A DNA stretch of 61,067 nt, from positions 1-61,067 of the IMG/VR virus record IMGVR_UViG_3300042907_000531. One strand, 5' to 3'. The first letter of the stretch is position 1; each line of letters opens with the position of its first letter. The DNA comes from a virus (lineage: Duplodnaviria; Caudoviricetes). The notes under the pieces are model-generated. The model ran no database searches. It was not told where the DNA came from and worked only from the letters and a program-made list of their open reading frames with translations. The translations under genes and the position numbers were made by a program. Below are positions 11,301 to 20,154 of the stretch, piece by piece.

Positions 11301-11391
11301 TAATTTACTTTCGATTGATAGTCAGCATGGAGCTGTATCATTATTTTCGTATGCATCAAATATATTTAACTTAGCTGGAAATTTAGGATGA
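8383..11391 (+). CDS. Long modular tail fibre (two Mtd-N/hyaluronidase-like N-terminal modules, HxH repeats)
   Basis: IRIRRDTFANW-NPTLFLGEISYD-IRVGNG-W repeated twice; THTHAIADVTNLQ, RLGSGTA-TFLRGD and LDDLNNV repeats. Confidence 0.8.
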   Translation: MANDLIRIRRDTFANWQTANPTLFLGEISYDQTNNAIRVGNGTTPWLQLPVIGTANLADGNKGDIVVSSNGTVWSLSSAVLADLNSKLEANALNLGTSTSPSPTALQIRSGQANSWNSVVLALGEIGFDRTLNEIRIGDGTTLWENLNPIGLNKLQSFTLEQIGDVEYINSPAIDQVLTYDGTNWTNGQITFPTLGLDDLNNVTVTSPSASQVLQYNGAIWLNAALPPTVAEIPAGIKNDITVINQTNWEITDDSVTQAKLALELPINLWDASTKEYTDIIAGLTITTLEDQYGQPNGPAILNASSKIPTINLGTGTADVDSFLRGDGTWQALDLNALAADIPILPAGLQASGIGGRVLISSLLTQAGANTQETVYGLFIDTPTIDATFEDRSIGTPTTTAKWKFDVKDSSITLAKFAPEITAAGKALLDDVDAAAQRSTLGLGTAATQASTSFANATHTHAIADVTNLQSTLDGKAATMHSHAIADVTGLQTALNLKLDTSQAVSSLNGLTDVTLGTPSSNQVLAFDFNTQQWKNSSVATLDSTLYNTIPPATPTTVGSLYYNADKSSLATPLSASVLSLFGQTSHIRVWNPNAAIAKGVVVRVTGSHSNSEIKIGLANATTESTAATTIGITAEIIDQNTSGYIITSGLLRGINTLSLGSVGDLLWLNTIDGGITNTRPSAPNHGVFLGWLVKSAGGAGEIFVKVDNGSELEELHDVTITNPVSGHVLKYSGTIWVNSAIAITDVTTLQSTLDGKAATTHSHAAGDITSGTLATVRLGSGTANNTTFLRGDNTWQTVSSGATNLDGLSDVIVATPTTGQTLKYNGTDWTNTTLATSDITSLDTTLAGKASTSHTHAASDITSGTIATVRLGSGTASSGTFLRGDGSWSDSTTSYLASDLGYRVSSSAVNALTASYTLVSSDNGKIITINSSSPTTITVPSGLSIGFNCTVIRLGTGTVTFSSSGVTINSIDNLLSIDSQHGAVSLFSYASNIFNLAGNLG
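9765..9833 (+). repeat. 69-bp direct repeat, copy 1
   Basis: Matches 10608-10676 with 3 mismatches. Confidence 0.85.
10608..10676 (+). repeat. 69-bp direct repeat, copy 2
   Basis: Matches 9765-9833; offset 843 bp, in frame. Confidence 0.85.
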
Positions 11392-11573
11392 TGGTTTTAC
11401 CAACAATGAGGGGTTCTATATATTCCTCAAGACCAACTAACATTCCTCCACCAGAATTTAGAAGTTTAAATTTTGTATTTTATCCTTTTTGGGATAGAGA
11501 AACTATTATAAATAGATATGATTCTTCGGTAGTTACTACAACTACAACAGCGAGAGGATGGTTTTTTAGATGA
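11388..11573 (+). CDS. Hypothetical small protein
   Basis: ATGA overlaps with both neighbours. Confidence 0.5.
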   Translation: MMVLPTMRGSIYSSRPTNIPPPEFRSLNFVFYPFWDRETIINRYDSSVVTTTTTARGWFFR

Positions 11574-14500
11574 GAAAGAATAGACATAACAACGGCTATA
11601 TTGGCTCTGATAAATATGAAGCAAATTCTAGTGGAAGTATAAACCCATCAAAATATTTTAATCAACAACAAGAAATAACTAAAGAGATATCTCCAACAGC
11701 CCCGTATATTAGACCAACCAATGGTGGGGGATCTGGCGCAACGGCAACTATTGCACTACAAAACGGAACTATTGTTGGAGCTTTTGTTACAAATGTTGGT
11801 GCTGGTTATACTTCTGATCCTACAGTAATATTTACTTCCATTGCCGGATCTGGTGCCGCAGCTGGTGTTACAAGAACATCTGGAACAATAACTGCAATAA
11901 ATTTATGGCATACAGTATCCAGCGTTAATATTCTAGATGGTGGTATAGGATATACTGCTGCACCATCTGTAACCTTTAGTGCGCCCGCAGCTGGAGGTAC
12001 TACTGCAACCGGAACTGCAACAATTGTAAATGGTAGGGTAACATTAGTTACTATTACAGATGTTGGTTCTCGTTATCTTACACCACCAACAATAACCTTT
12101 ACTGCGGCTCCCGCTGGTGGTGTTACGGCTCAAGCTGCAACTACTATAATTTGTGGTAGTGGTTATACAACTACACCAACTATATCTTTTAGTGGTGGCG
12201 GTGGTACTAATGCCGCCGCTCAATGTGAGATGGTTGCGGATCTCGGAACAATTACAATTACAAGTGGTGGTACTAATTATACTACTGCTCCTACTGTATT
12301 TTTAGAGGGTTTAGAAACTACATACGTAGGAACTGCAACAATTTCAGGTGGTTCAGTTACTGGAATAACCTTTTCATCGTATTCCCCTCAAAAATTTAAT
12401 GTACCACCGCCTATTATTATTGGTGGTTGGGTTGATTTACCGTCCGTTACTGTTGGCGAACAGAAATTAGTTGGCGCATATGCTATTTATAATAGAAACA
12501 ATCAGTATTGTACTATACAATGTAGTGGTGCATTTACCGTTAATTGGGGTGATGGAACAACATCAAATTACTCATCTAATCAAATAGCTACGAGAGAATT
12601 TACCACAACAGATTATGCAAATATTAGTGGACAAGATTCTTTTAGGGATTATAAAACAAGATTAATATCAATAATACCACAAGCAGGACAAAACCTAATA
12701 ACGGTAAGCTTTCAAAATCTCTATCCTAACACACCCCTATTAAATACCAGAATGACTGCGGGTTGGTTAGATATTAAAGTTGCCGGATCTAATATACAAA
12801 ATTTAACGTTACATAGTAGTACCGGTAATAATAGACTAACATTATTAGAACAGTTTGAATATGTTGGTAATTCTGCAATATTTAGTCCCAGTGACTCATT
12901 TGCGAACTTATACGGTTTAAGGAAAATTATAGGTAATTCTTTTACTAGTAATATGGTAGACTGTACAAGCCTTTTCAGGTTTAATTATCGCTTAAGTGAA
13001 ATACCAGAATTTAATTTTTCTTCCGCTACTAATCTAACCAATTGTTTTAATGGTTGCACTTCTCTTACTATTTTCCCGCCAATTACCGTATCTTCTTCTC
13101 TAACGAATACTAGTTCTATGTTTGAGGGTTGTAGTCGTCTTGCGGGATTTTATGGTTTTAAGCAACCAATAACATCACTTACGAATATTAGTACTATGTT
13201 TAGTAATTGTGTTTCTTTAAAAAAAATACAATACTTTAATACAGAAAATGTTACAAACAGTTCTAGCGTATTTAATAGTTGTTTTGCATTAAAAGAAATA
13301 CCAAAGTTTAATTTTAGTAAGGTACTAAATATGACTTCTGCCTTCGCATTTTGTAGGGCATTAGAAACTATTCCAGATTTAAACACACAGTCTTGTACTA
13401 ATTTTTCTCTAATGTTTAACAATTGTCCTGCGTTAAAGACTATCCCAACTTTAAATATGAGTAAGTGTTCTGATGCCAACAATATGTTTAGTGGTTGTTA
13501 TTCCTTAAGAGAAATTACAAATTTAAACACACATAACACAGTAAACACATCAAATATGTTTGCAAATTGTTTTTCGTTAGAAAGAATAGATAATCTAGAT
13601 CTAACAAATTGTACGAATGCTGCTTCTATGTTTAGTGGTTGTTCTTCCTTAAGATTTATACCATTTTTAAATACTGGAAAGGTTACTACCTGTTCATCTA
13701 TGTTTAGTAGTTGCACCTCATTAGAGTCAGCACCTATGATGAATCTTGGTAGGTGTACTACTGTAAATGGCATGTTTAATGCTTGTAGAAAACTACATAC
13801 AGTTCCTTTATATAATACAAGTAATGTTATAGATTTTACCAGTATGTTTGCTAGTTGTTCGTCTCTACACCATATCCCACAATTTAATGTAGCAAAGGGA
13901 ACTACATTTACCACCATGTTTAGTTTATCTAGAATTATAAATATTCCAGCATTAAACTTTATATCAGCAACTTCTGCATCTTCTTTTTCTAGTGCTTGGA
14001 GTTCTTTGAATTCAAGTACTGAGGCTTCTTCTCTAATGAGTTTTCTGGGTACAAATATAAACGCAACTGTAAGTTTTCAATATACAAATCTTTCTGCAGA
14101 AGCCTTAAATACAGTTTATAATAATTTATCAGCAAGCGGTACTGGTAAAACCATAACAATATCCAATACCCCCGGTGGATGTAAAGCAACAGTAACTGGA
14201 AGTATAAGTGGAAATACTTTAACTGTAACTGGTCTTACTTCTGGTTCTCTATGTCCTAATCAACCCATAACAGGAACTGGTATTACTGCTGGAACAACTA
14301 TAACACAGCAATTAACTGGAACAAGTACCCCAGCAGCCTCCCCCACTTCTACAGGAAGTTTAAGCGGACAAAATGTTTTAAGTGTTAGTAATGCAGCTAA
14401 TATCCTTGTTGGACAGATAGTAAGTGGAACAGGTATTCCACCAAATACATTTGTAAAAACGATTGAACAAACAAACATTATATTATCACGTAATTTAACA

Positions 14501-14653
14501 GCAAACTCATCAGGTACATATAACTTTAGAGTCAAAGCAAGCGTTGGAACATATGAAGTAAATACTTCTCAAACAGTTGCCTCAACAACTATTACAGCAA
14601 CTCCACCATATTCAAACATTGCCACAGCAAAATCGTGGACAGTAGCCGCATAA
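11570..14653 (+). CDS. Virion adhesin-like protein with Gly/Thr-rich beta repeats and BspA/DUF285-type leucine-rich repeats
   Basis: GxGYT-xPTV/I repeats at the N-terminus; many approximately 22-aa repeats such as NTSNVIDFTSMFASCSSLHHIPQF. Confidence 0.8.
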   Translation: MRKNRHNNGYIGSDKYEANSSGSINPSKYFNQQQEITKEISPTAPYIRPTNGGGSGATATIALQNGTIVGAFVTNVGAGYTSDPTVIFTSIAGSGAAAGVTRTSGTITAINLWHTVSSVNILDGGIGYTAAPSVTFSAPAAGGTTATGTATIVNGRVTLVTITDVGSRYLTPPTITFTAAPAGGVTAQAATTIICGSGYTTTPTISFSGGGGTNAAAQCEMVADLGTITITSGGTNYTTAPTVFLEGLETTYVGTATISGGSVTGITFSSYSPQKFNVPPPIIIGGWVDLPSVTVGEQKLVGAYAIYNRNNQYCTIQCSGAFTVNWGDGTTSNYSSNQIATREFTTTDYANISGQDSFRDYKTRLISIIPQAGQNLITVSFQNLYPNTPLLNTRMTAGWLDIKVAGSNIQNLTLHSSTGNNRLTLLEQFEYVGNSAIFSPSDSFANLYGLRKIIGNSFTSNMVDCTSLFRFNYRLSEIPEFNFSSATNLTNCFNGCTSLTIFPPITVSSSLTNTSSMFEGCSRLAGFYGFKQPITSLTNISTMFSNCVSLKKIQYFNTENVTNSSSVFNSCFALKEIPKFNFSKVLNMTSAFAFCRALETIPDLNTQSCTNFSLMFNNCPALKTIPTLNMSKCSDANNMFSGCYSLREITNLNTHNTVNTSNMFANCFSLERIDNLDLTNCTNAASMFSGCSSLRFIPFLNTGKVTTCSSMFSSCTSLESAPMMNLGRCTTVNGMFNACRKLHTVPLYNTSNVIDFTSMFASCSSLHHIPQFNVAKGTTFTTMFSLSRIINIPALNFISATSASSFSSAWSSLNSSTEASSLMSFLGTNINATVSFQYTNLSAEALNTVYNNLSASGTGKTITISNTPGGCKATVTGSISGNTLTVTGLTSGSLCPNQPITGTGITAGTTITQQLTGTSTPAASPTSTGSLSGQNVLSVSNAANILVGQIVSGTGIPPNTFVKTIEQTNIILSRNLTANSSGTYNFRVKASVGTYEVNTSQTVASTTITATPPYSNIATAKSWTVAA

Positions 14654-14663
14654 GGATTTTATT

Positions 14664-14882
14664 ATGAGTACTTCTGGTTTTTATAAAAAAGATATAGACA
14701 TAGTGTATGCCCCTAATTTGGTATATAATATAAATTATACTTTAAATGCGGATCTAAGGGATGATTATACGTACCCAATAGATGGATGGTATTGGTTTGA
14801 TAGTATAGAGAGTGCGTATTTATTTTTTGACGAACAACTACCACAGTGGTATACAGAATCATTAGAGGAATTAAATGGCTGA
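14664..14882 (+). CDS. Hypothetical protein (possible fibre accessory)
   Basis: SD aagga; YTYPIDGWYWFD. Confidence 0.6.
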   Translation: MSTSGFYKKDIDIVYAPNLVYNINYTLNADLRDDYTYPIDGWYWFDSIESAYLFFDEQLPQWYTESLEELNG

Positions 14883-15195
14883 AGCATATAAAAGTCAAGC
14901 AACAAAATTAACTACTACCGGAACTACTACAATTTATAGTGGTATCGCTGGTACTGGTATAATTAACAGTATAAATATATCTAACGTAGACTTATACACG
15001 GCAGTAGTCTTAAGTGTATTTCTAGTAAAGGGTGGAACATCCTATAGTATTATTTCTAATACCACTGTTCCAACAGGAACAACCTTACAAATTTTAGACG
15101 CTCCATTAGTTTGTGAAAACGGTAATACTATTACAGCTATAGCTTCCGTTGCAAATGATTTGGAAATTATTGTCTCCGTCTTAGAGATAACATAA
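14875..15195 (+). CDS. Small beta-rich virion protein
   Basis: Coupled ORF; beta-strand pattern ending VSVLEIT. Confidence 0.65.
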   Translation: MAEAYKSQATKLTTTGTTTIYSGIAGTGIINSINISNVDLYTAVVLSVFLVKGGTSYSIISNTTVPTGTTLQILDAPLVCENGNTITAIASVANDLEIIVSVLEIT

Positions 15196-16721
15196 TGATA
15201 AATCCACTATTTAATGTAGATCGACGACCATGTGTACACTTAGCTGGTCTTATTGCATTTGGTACAGATCCAACGTGGTCAAGTTCAGCAGCCTTTTGTC
15301 AACCAGCGTTTAATACCGACACTGGAGATAGATATCCCACCTATACCAAAGATACTATTAAGGGTGTTCAGGAACAAATCGCAAGTATGACGTATCTATA
15401 TGATCGTGGAATGCGGCGATTTCTGATAAACTCACCTTGTGGTAATGTTTCTACCGGTGGTATTCCAGCTTATGGTGGAATCTGGGATGTAATGGAATCT
15501 AGATACGTAGTTAGACCAACGGATAATGCTAAAATACCAAACCCATATACAGAGTGTTGGAAGAATATAGCTGGTCAAACAAGCCCACCAACTATAGTAC
15601 CAATCATAGATGATCCTAATCTAGATACACTACCTTTTAAAGCTAATGGTCGTTCGGCTGAATGGAACGATACACTTAGGACTTGGCTAATAGGTGCTCA
15701 AGGTTGGGATAACCATAGTGATGCAGAAATCTATATCTATACTGGATATGGTATTCCAACTAAAATTGTTTCTTCAGCTATTACTCCTGATTACGCTGCA
15801 AACTATGTAAGAGAAATGGGACAGAATTTAACCTATCTTAATAAGTCTGATGGTATTGGGTTTCAGATGCCAGACCCAGATAAAAATCCATTACACGATA
15901 ACTATCTACGTTCACAGTGGATGAAGTGGTTAAAAGCGGGAATCTGTGGTGTAGGAGCAGATGTTGGTGTATATGGATTTAATCATAGGTTTGGTTCTTG
16001 GATTTATAATCAATGGGTAAGCCCAAATCTAGACGCTATTACACCCCCTAACTATAATGCACCTAACACCAACATGCGTAAGTGGTTTGAAAAACTCTGG
16101 AATAGCACCCCTAAGGGTGAGGGCAACGGGGAAAAGTTTAGTAATGCAAAGAACTTTAGTTATTTCTTAGAGGGTTTCCCGTGGGATACAGACCCAAATA
16201 AAATTATAAATAGAACAACGACTAATGTCTACCCAACAGCCGATACAGATGAATATTATTCCTTTTGGAATCCAAGTGGTGGACAGCGTGATATTAACTC
16301 TACAGAGCATACTGGTGGTTGGATGCATTACGCAAAATATATTATCACTCAAGACTCACTTACCACAAGAAAAAATAATGCGTGGCCAGGATCAGCTAAT
16401 TCCTATAATGGTGCTGACCCAAATAGAAAATGGAGATTTGATCCATCTTCAACAGAGATTCACATTCTAGCTCAATCATTAGCTAGACCGTTTACCGCAG
16501 ATACAGACACTGTATTGGGTGGGTTTGAAACCACCATTAACACCCCACAAACACAAGCGATTATCGCAGATTGTGTTGACTGGTGGCTATATTACTTTCA
16601 AGAGTGTGGTTACGTATACCAACCACTCGTTTATTATAACAGTTATAAAATTCAAAAACACATTCACAAGGGTATTATGCAGGGTCTAGGTTACTGGCCC
16701 CAAAGCGATCCCGCACCTTAA
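15195..16721 (+). CDS. Hypothetical 508-aa protein, Trp/Tyr/Pro-rich
   Basis: Long ORF, TAATG-coupled. Confidence 0.75.
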   Translation: MINPLFNVDRRPCVHLAGLIAFGTDPTWSSSAAFCQPAFNTDTGDRYPTYTKDTIKGVQEQIASMTYLYDRGMRRFLINSPCGNVSTGGIPAYGGIWDVMESRYVVRPTDNAKIPNPYTECWKNIAGQTSPPTIVPIIDDPNLDTLPFKANGRSAEWNDTLRTWLIGAQGWDNHSDAEIYIYTGYGIPTKIVSSAITPDYAANYVREMGQNLTYLNKSDGIGFQMPDPDKNPLHDNYLRSQWMKWLKAGICGVGADVGVYGFNHRFGSWIYNQWVSPNLDAITPPNYNAPNTNMRKWFEKLWNSTPKGEGNGEKFSNAKNFSYFLEGFPWDTDPNKIINRTTTNVYPTADTDEYYSFWNPSGGQRDINSTEHTGGWMHYAKYIITQDSLTTRKNNAWPGSANSYNGADPNRKWRFDPSSTEIHILAQSLARPFTADTDTVLGGFETTINTPQTQAIIADCVDWWLYYFQECGYVYQPLVYYNSYKIQKHIHKGIMQGLGYWPQSDPAP

Positions 16722-16731
16722 AGGATAAAAC

Positions 16732-16866
16732 ATGATTTTAGCTTCTTTCGAATCGTTACTTGGTAGTATTTGGTTTGCTGGTCTTACATTAGTTGTTGGC
16801 TATATTGCCGCTCATGTAGTACCAATTACAACTCTCTCAGATTTATTTAAAAAGGATGGTAAGTAA
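16732..16866 (+). CDS. 44-aa membrane peptide (holin-like candidate), not in the ORF track
   Basis: SD aagga; MILASFESLLGSIWFAGLTLVVGYIAAHVVPITTLSDLFKKDGK. Confidence 0.6.
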   Translation: MILASFESLLGSIWFAGLTLVVGYIAAHVVPITTLSDLFKKDGK

Positions 16867-17024
16867 TGCCTAAGGTTGGTAAAAAAGAATTTCCATACAC
16901 TGCTAAGGGAATGGCTATGGCCAAAGCTGCAGCAAAGAAAACCGGTAAGGGAGTGGCTATGGCAAAAGTCGTAGCAAAGAAAACCGGTAAGCCCACAAAG
17001 AAGGTTGTTCAAAAGAAAAAGTAA
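16866..17024 (+). CDS. 52-aa Lys/Ala-rich basic protein, not in the ORF track
   Basis: MPKVGKKEFPYTAKGMAMAKAAAKKTGKGVAMAKVVAKKTGKPTKKVVQKKK; TAATG-coupled. Confidence 0.7.
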   Translation: MPKVGKKEFPYTAKGMAMAKAAAKKTGKGVAMAKVVAKKTGKPTKKVVQKKK

Positions 17025-17149
17025 TGAAAAAGAAACCACACTCAATGAAGGCAGAAGGTAAAAAGCACGGCAAGAAGCACGAGAATTCCGAATCAAAGGC
17101 TTTCGAGAAGAAGGAAAAGCAGGCTAAGAAGTACAAGAAGGGTATGTGA
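17024..17149 (+). CDS. 41-aa Lys-rich basic protein, not in the ORF track
   Basis: MKKKPHSMKAEGKKHGKKHENSESKAFEKKEKQAKKYKKGM; TAATG/TGATG-coupled. Confidence 0.65.
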   Translation: MKKKPHSMKAEGKKHGKKHENSESKAFEKKEKQAKKYKKGM

Positions 17150-17481
17150 TGCCAAAGAAGCCACCAGTATCTATGACCAAAAAGGATAAGAACCCTAGTG
17201 GTGGCTTAACCCAAGCTGGTCGAAACAAGTATAACAAAGCAACTGGCTCTAATCTAAAGGCTCCTGTTGGTCGTGCTCCCAAGACACCAGAAGAGATGCG
17301 TAGACAAGGATCATTTCTAGTTCGCATGGGTTCTTCGGCTGGTCCACTAAAGGATGAGAAGGGTCGTAAGACACGCTTGAAACTTAGCCTAGAAGCTTGG
17401 AATCATACTGGAGATAAGGCTTCAGCTGTTTCTAAGGGTCGTCGTCTTTTAGAACGATATCAAAAAAACAAGAAAAAATAA
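17149..17481 (+). CDS. Basic phage hypothetical protein
   Basis: KNPSGGLTQAGRNKYN-TGSNLKAPV-SF-RM-TRL-SL-AW, a pattern I recall from aquatic phage proteins. Confidence 0.7.
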   Translation: MPKKPPVSMTKKDKNPSGGLTQAGRNKYNKATGSNLKAPVGRAPKTPEEMRRQGSFLVRMGSSAGPLKDEKGRKTRLKLSLEAWNHTGDKASAVSKGRRLLERYQKNKKK

Positions 17482-17482
17482 A

Positions 17483-17683
17483 ATGAATAAAGATATCAAA
17501 ACATTAAAAAATCTTCTTATTGATTGCCTCATCGAAGATCTCGGTGATGTTGATAAAAGAACTCCCGGACTATATCAAGTAGTTGCGCGGGTAGTTGCAG
17601 ACAATAGAGAAGATACCATTCCAGCTGTAAGTGCTGAAACCTTAGAGGGATTATCTCCCTTTAAACTTAGAAAACAAGCTTAG
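17483..17683 (+). CDS. Putative terminase small subunit (gp18-like)
   Basis: Short helical ORF (RTPGLYQVVARVVADN) directly upstream of the large terminase. Confidence 0.5.
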   Translation: MNKDIKTLKNLLIDCLIEDLGDVDKRTPGLYQVVARVVADNREDTIPAVSAETLEGLSPFKLRKQA

Positions 17684-17797
17684 TCTACATAGACAGCGCA
17701 AGCTGAGACTAAGCTTATATTGGCCGCACCCGCTCTGATAGGCTGGTGTCTTATGGCCGCTCTACCGGGCAAGAAATGCGCCGGGAATTTCGCTACG
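17676..17797 (+). ncRNA. Candidate structured RNA (three hairpins)
   Basis: AAGCTTAGTCT..CAGC-GCAA-GCTG-AGACTAAGCTT; GGCCGCACC..GGTGT..GGCC; CCGGGCA-AGAAA-TGCGCCGG. Confidence 0.4.
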
Positions 17798-17829
17798 GGA
17801 GAAGAGATCGAAAGGTCTCTTCTTCTTTT
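17798..17829 (+). terminator. Intrinsic terminator-like hairpin upstream of the large terminase
   Basis: GGAGAAGAGATC-GAAA-GGTCTCTTCTTC followed by TTTT. Confidence 0.7.
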
Positions 17830-17843
17830 GAAAGGAGGTGCTT

Positions 17844-19514
17844 ATGCAAGTACCACAAGAAGTTTTAGATGACTTTAGAAATCATTGTTTCTTTAGTATG
17901 AAGTATTTAGGATTAGGTGAACCAAGTCCTCTACAATATGCTATTGCAGAGTGTGTTCAGAATGGTCCTAAAGATATGCAGTTACAAGCTGGACGTGGTG
18001 CCGGTAAATCAACCATCGTTGCTATGTATGCTTCGTGGTTGTTATTAAAAAACCCAAACACAACCATTATTGTTTTGTCAGCAACACAAGATAAAGCTAT
18101 TAAGTTTATCTCACAAGTGCGTCAAATTTTAAACCTTGTTCCTTATATGAAGCATCTCTTACCTAAGGAACACGATAAAGACTCAGCATTTGGTTTTAAT
18201 GTGGGTATAAAGGATAGGGTTGGACAAGATCTTTCATGCTACGCTAAGGGTATCACAGGACAAATTACGGGTAGTCACGCTGATTATGTATTAGCTGATG
18301 ATATTGAAATTGAAAAGAATTCAGACAACCCGCAATCAAGACAGAAACTATTAGAGAAATTAACTGAATTAGAACAGATTAGAAATCCAGTTGAGTGGGG
18401 TCGTATTGTATTTCTAGGTACTTATCAAAGTACTGATTCTATTTATCTACGCTTACCCTATGAGATTGTTAAGTTTCCGGCAGTCATTCCAGACCCAGAT
18501 ATTGAATCTCAGTGGCTTTATTGTCATCCATACATCTCAGAATTAGACGGAGAACCGGGAGATACGGTAGATCCAGCACGATTTCCACAGCATATTCTTG
18601 AAGAACGACTTGCTAAAATCGGACCAAGACAATTTGCTTTACACTATTTATTAGATCCTTCCTTAAGTGACTCAAGTAAGCATCCTCTTAAGCTAGAAGA
18701 CTTAGTAGTAATGGATGTTTCTCCAGAGGTATTTCCAGAAAAGGTAGTTTGGTCTAGAGCTAAGGCATTAGATATACCAAGTTACGGATTGAATGGTGAT
18801 CTTTTGTATGGGCCTATGTGGTCTTCCACAACCATGACTAAATATCTAGATACAAGATTATGTATTGATCCATCTGGTCGTGGTGGAGACGAAACAGCTT
18901 ATTGTGTTGCGTCTTTTGTAAATGGCTATATAGTCATACATGAGTTAGATGGTCTTCCGGGTGGGTATGACGATGTAACACTTAGCCGTATAGCTAAGAT
19001 TGCTAATCAATACCAAGTATCTACTATTATGGTAGAAGCAAACTATGGTGATGGTATGTTTACGTCACTACTTAGACCTATCGTATACAGTATTTGTGGT
19101 AGATTAGCTATTGAAGAATTTAAGGTTTCTGGTTCTAAAGAAAAAAGAATCATAGATACGCTAGAACCAATCATGTCACAACACCGCCTTATTTTTGATA
19201 CTGAAGCTATTAGATCTAAGGAAACACAAATACAAATTTCAAGAATGCAAGATAGACGAGGAGCATTAAAACACGATGACCGTATAGATGTTCTCTCTAG
19301 TATTGTAAAACTGTGGGTTAATAATCTTGTTATTACCCCAGATGAAATAGTTGAACGTAACAAAGATAAAGAACACCGAGATACGGTTAAAGAGTGGTTA
19401 AGCAATAAAAGAATTATTGGCCTTCTTGGTGAGAAGTATCGTGGAATTGTAGAAGCACAAGAGCGCGGAAATAAACAACGTGTCTCTATAATAGATAATT
19501 TTTATAGGAGATAA
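17844..19514 (+). CDS. Terminase large subunit (gp19-like)
   Basis: QAGRGAGKST Walker A, GITGQITGSHADYVLADDIE, IDPSGRGGDET, EANYGDGMF and HDDRIDVL; SD aggagg. Confidence 0.95.
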   Translation: MQVPQEVLDDFRNHCFFSMKYLGLGEPSPLQYAIAECVQNGPKDMQLQAGRGAGKSTIVAMYASWLLLKNPNTTIIVLSATQDKAIKFISQVRQILNLVPYMKHLLPKEHDKDSAFGFNVGIKDRVGQDLSCYAKGITGQITGSHADYVLADDIEIEKNSDNPQSRQKLLEKLTELEQIRNPVEWGRIVFLGTYQSTDSIYLRLPYEIVKFPAVIPDPDIESQWLYCHPYISELDGEPGDTVDPARFPQHILEERLAKIGPRQFALHYLLDPSLSDSSKHPLKLEDLVVMDVSPEVFPEKVVWSRAKALDIPSYGLNGDLLYGPMWSSTTMTKYLDTRLCIDPSGRGGDETAYCVASFVNGYIVIHELDGLPGGYDDVTLSRIAKIANQYQVSTIMVEANYGDGMFTSLLRPIVYSICGRLAIEEFKVSGSKEKRIIDTLEPIMSQHRLIFDTEAIRSKETQIQISRMQDRRGALKHDDRIDVLSSIVKLWVNNLVITPDEIVERNKDKEHRDTVKEWLSNKRIIGLLGEKYRGIVEAQERGNKQRVSIIDNFYRR

Positions 19515-19515
19515 T

Positions 19516-20154
19516 ATGCCCCCCTTTACAGCAGCAATAGTTGGTGGTTTAGCAGCGGGATCTGGAATTCTGAGTGGAATGAGCGGAGCAGCGCAAGCAG
19601 ACGCTCAAGCACAAGCCCAACAGATGCAACAAGATCAACAAAACTTTCAGAATCGTTGGCAGAATGAAGCACAGAATAGAAATATTCTTCGTCAGTGGCA
19701 GGCGCAATATCACGCAAATAGACAGATAGAGCGATCATCTCTACAGCAAGAAGTAGCTGGTGCATTCTACGGAACGAAGGCCTATCAAAACGCTACTTCA
19801 GAATTAAGTAAACAAACAAGACAAGTAACAGATCAGTTACTATCCTCAGCATCATCTAGTGGAGTGTCTTTAAATTCAGCTTCTGTAAGAGCAACAATGA
19901 GACAGGCAACAACAGAAGCCCAAAAGATGTCGGGATCAATGCGAGTAAACTACATTAATCAAATGCAAGATCTTTCAACACAAAGAAATAATCTTCTCGG
20001 ACAGAGAAATATTATGGCCCCAGAACAGCAAGCCTTTATGAATACAACAGGTGGTATTGTAAACTCCTCTTCAAACATACTTGCTACCGGAATTGCTACA
20101 GGATTGATGTCTGGATTATCTTCAGGTATTGGTGCATATAAGGCTTCCAGCTAA
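19516..20154 (+). CDS. Internal virion/ejection protein (gp14-like)
   Basis: Gly/Ala-rich hydrophobic ends with a Gln-rich centre; precedes the large internal proteins. Confidence 0.65.
   Translation: MPPFTAAIVGGLAAGSGILSGMSGAAQADAQAQAQQMQQDQQNFQNRWQNEAQNRNILRQWQAQYHANRQIERSSLQQEVAGAFYGTKAYQNATSELSKQTRQVTDQLLSSASSSGVSLNSASVRATMRQATTEAQKMSGSMRVNYINQMQDLSTQRNNLLGQRNIMAPEQQAFMNTTGGIVNSSSNILATGIATGLMSGLSSGIGAYKASS

Noticed and set aside
8383-11391. Diversity-generating retroelement (Mtd-like N-terminus plus near-identical repeats)
   Set aside because: No reverse transcriptase is seen; the mismatches (G/A, A/C, T/C) are not adenine-specific; both repeats are coding fibre repeats
17730-17790. Hammerhead ribozyme (CTGATAG ... 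GAAA)
   Set aside because: Core is not CUGANGA and GAAA does not directly follow a stem II
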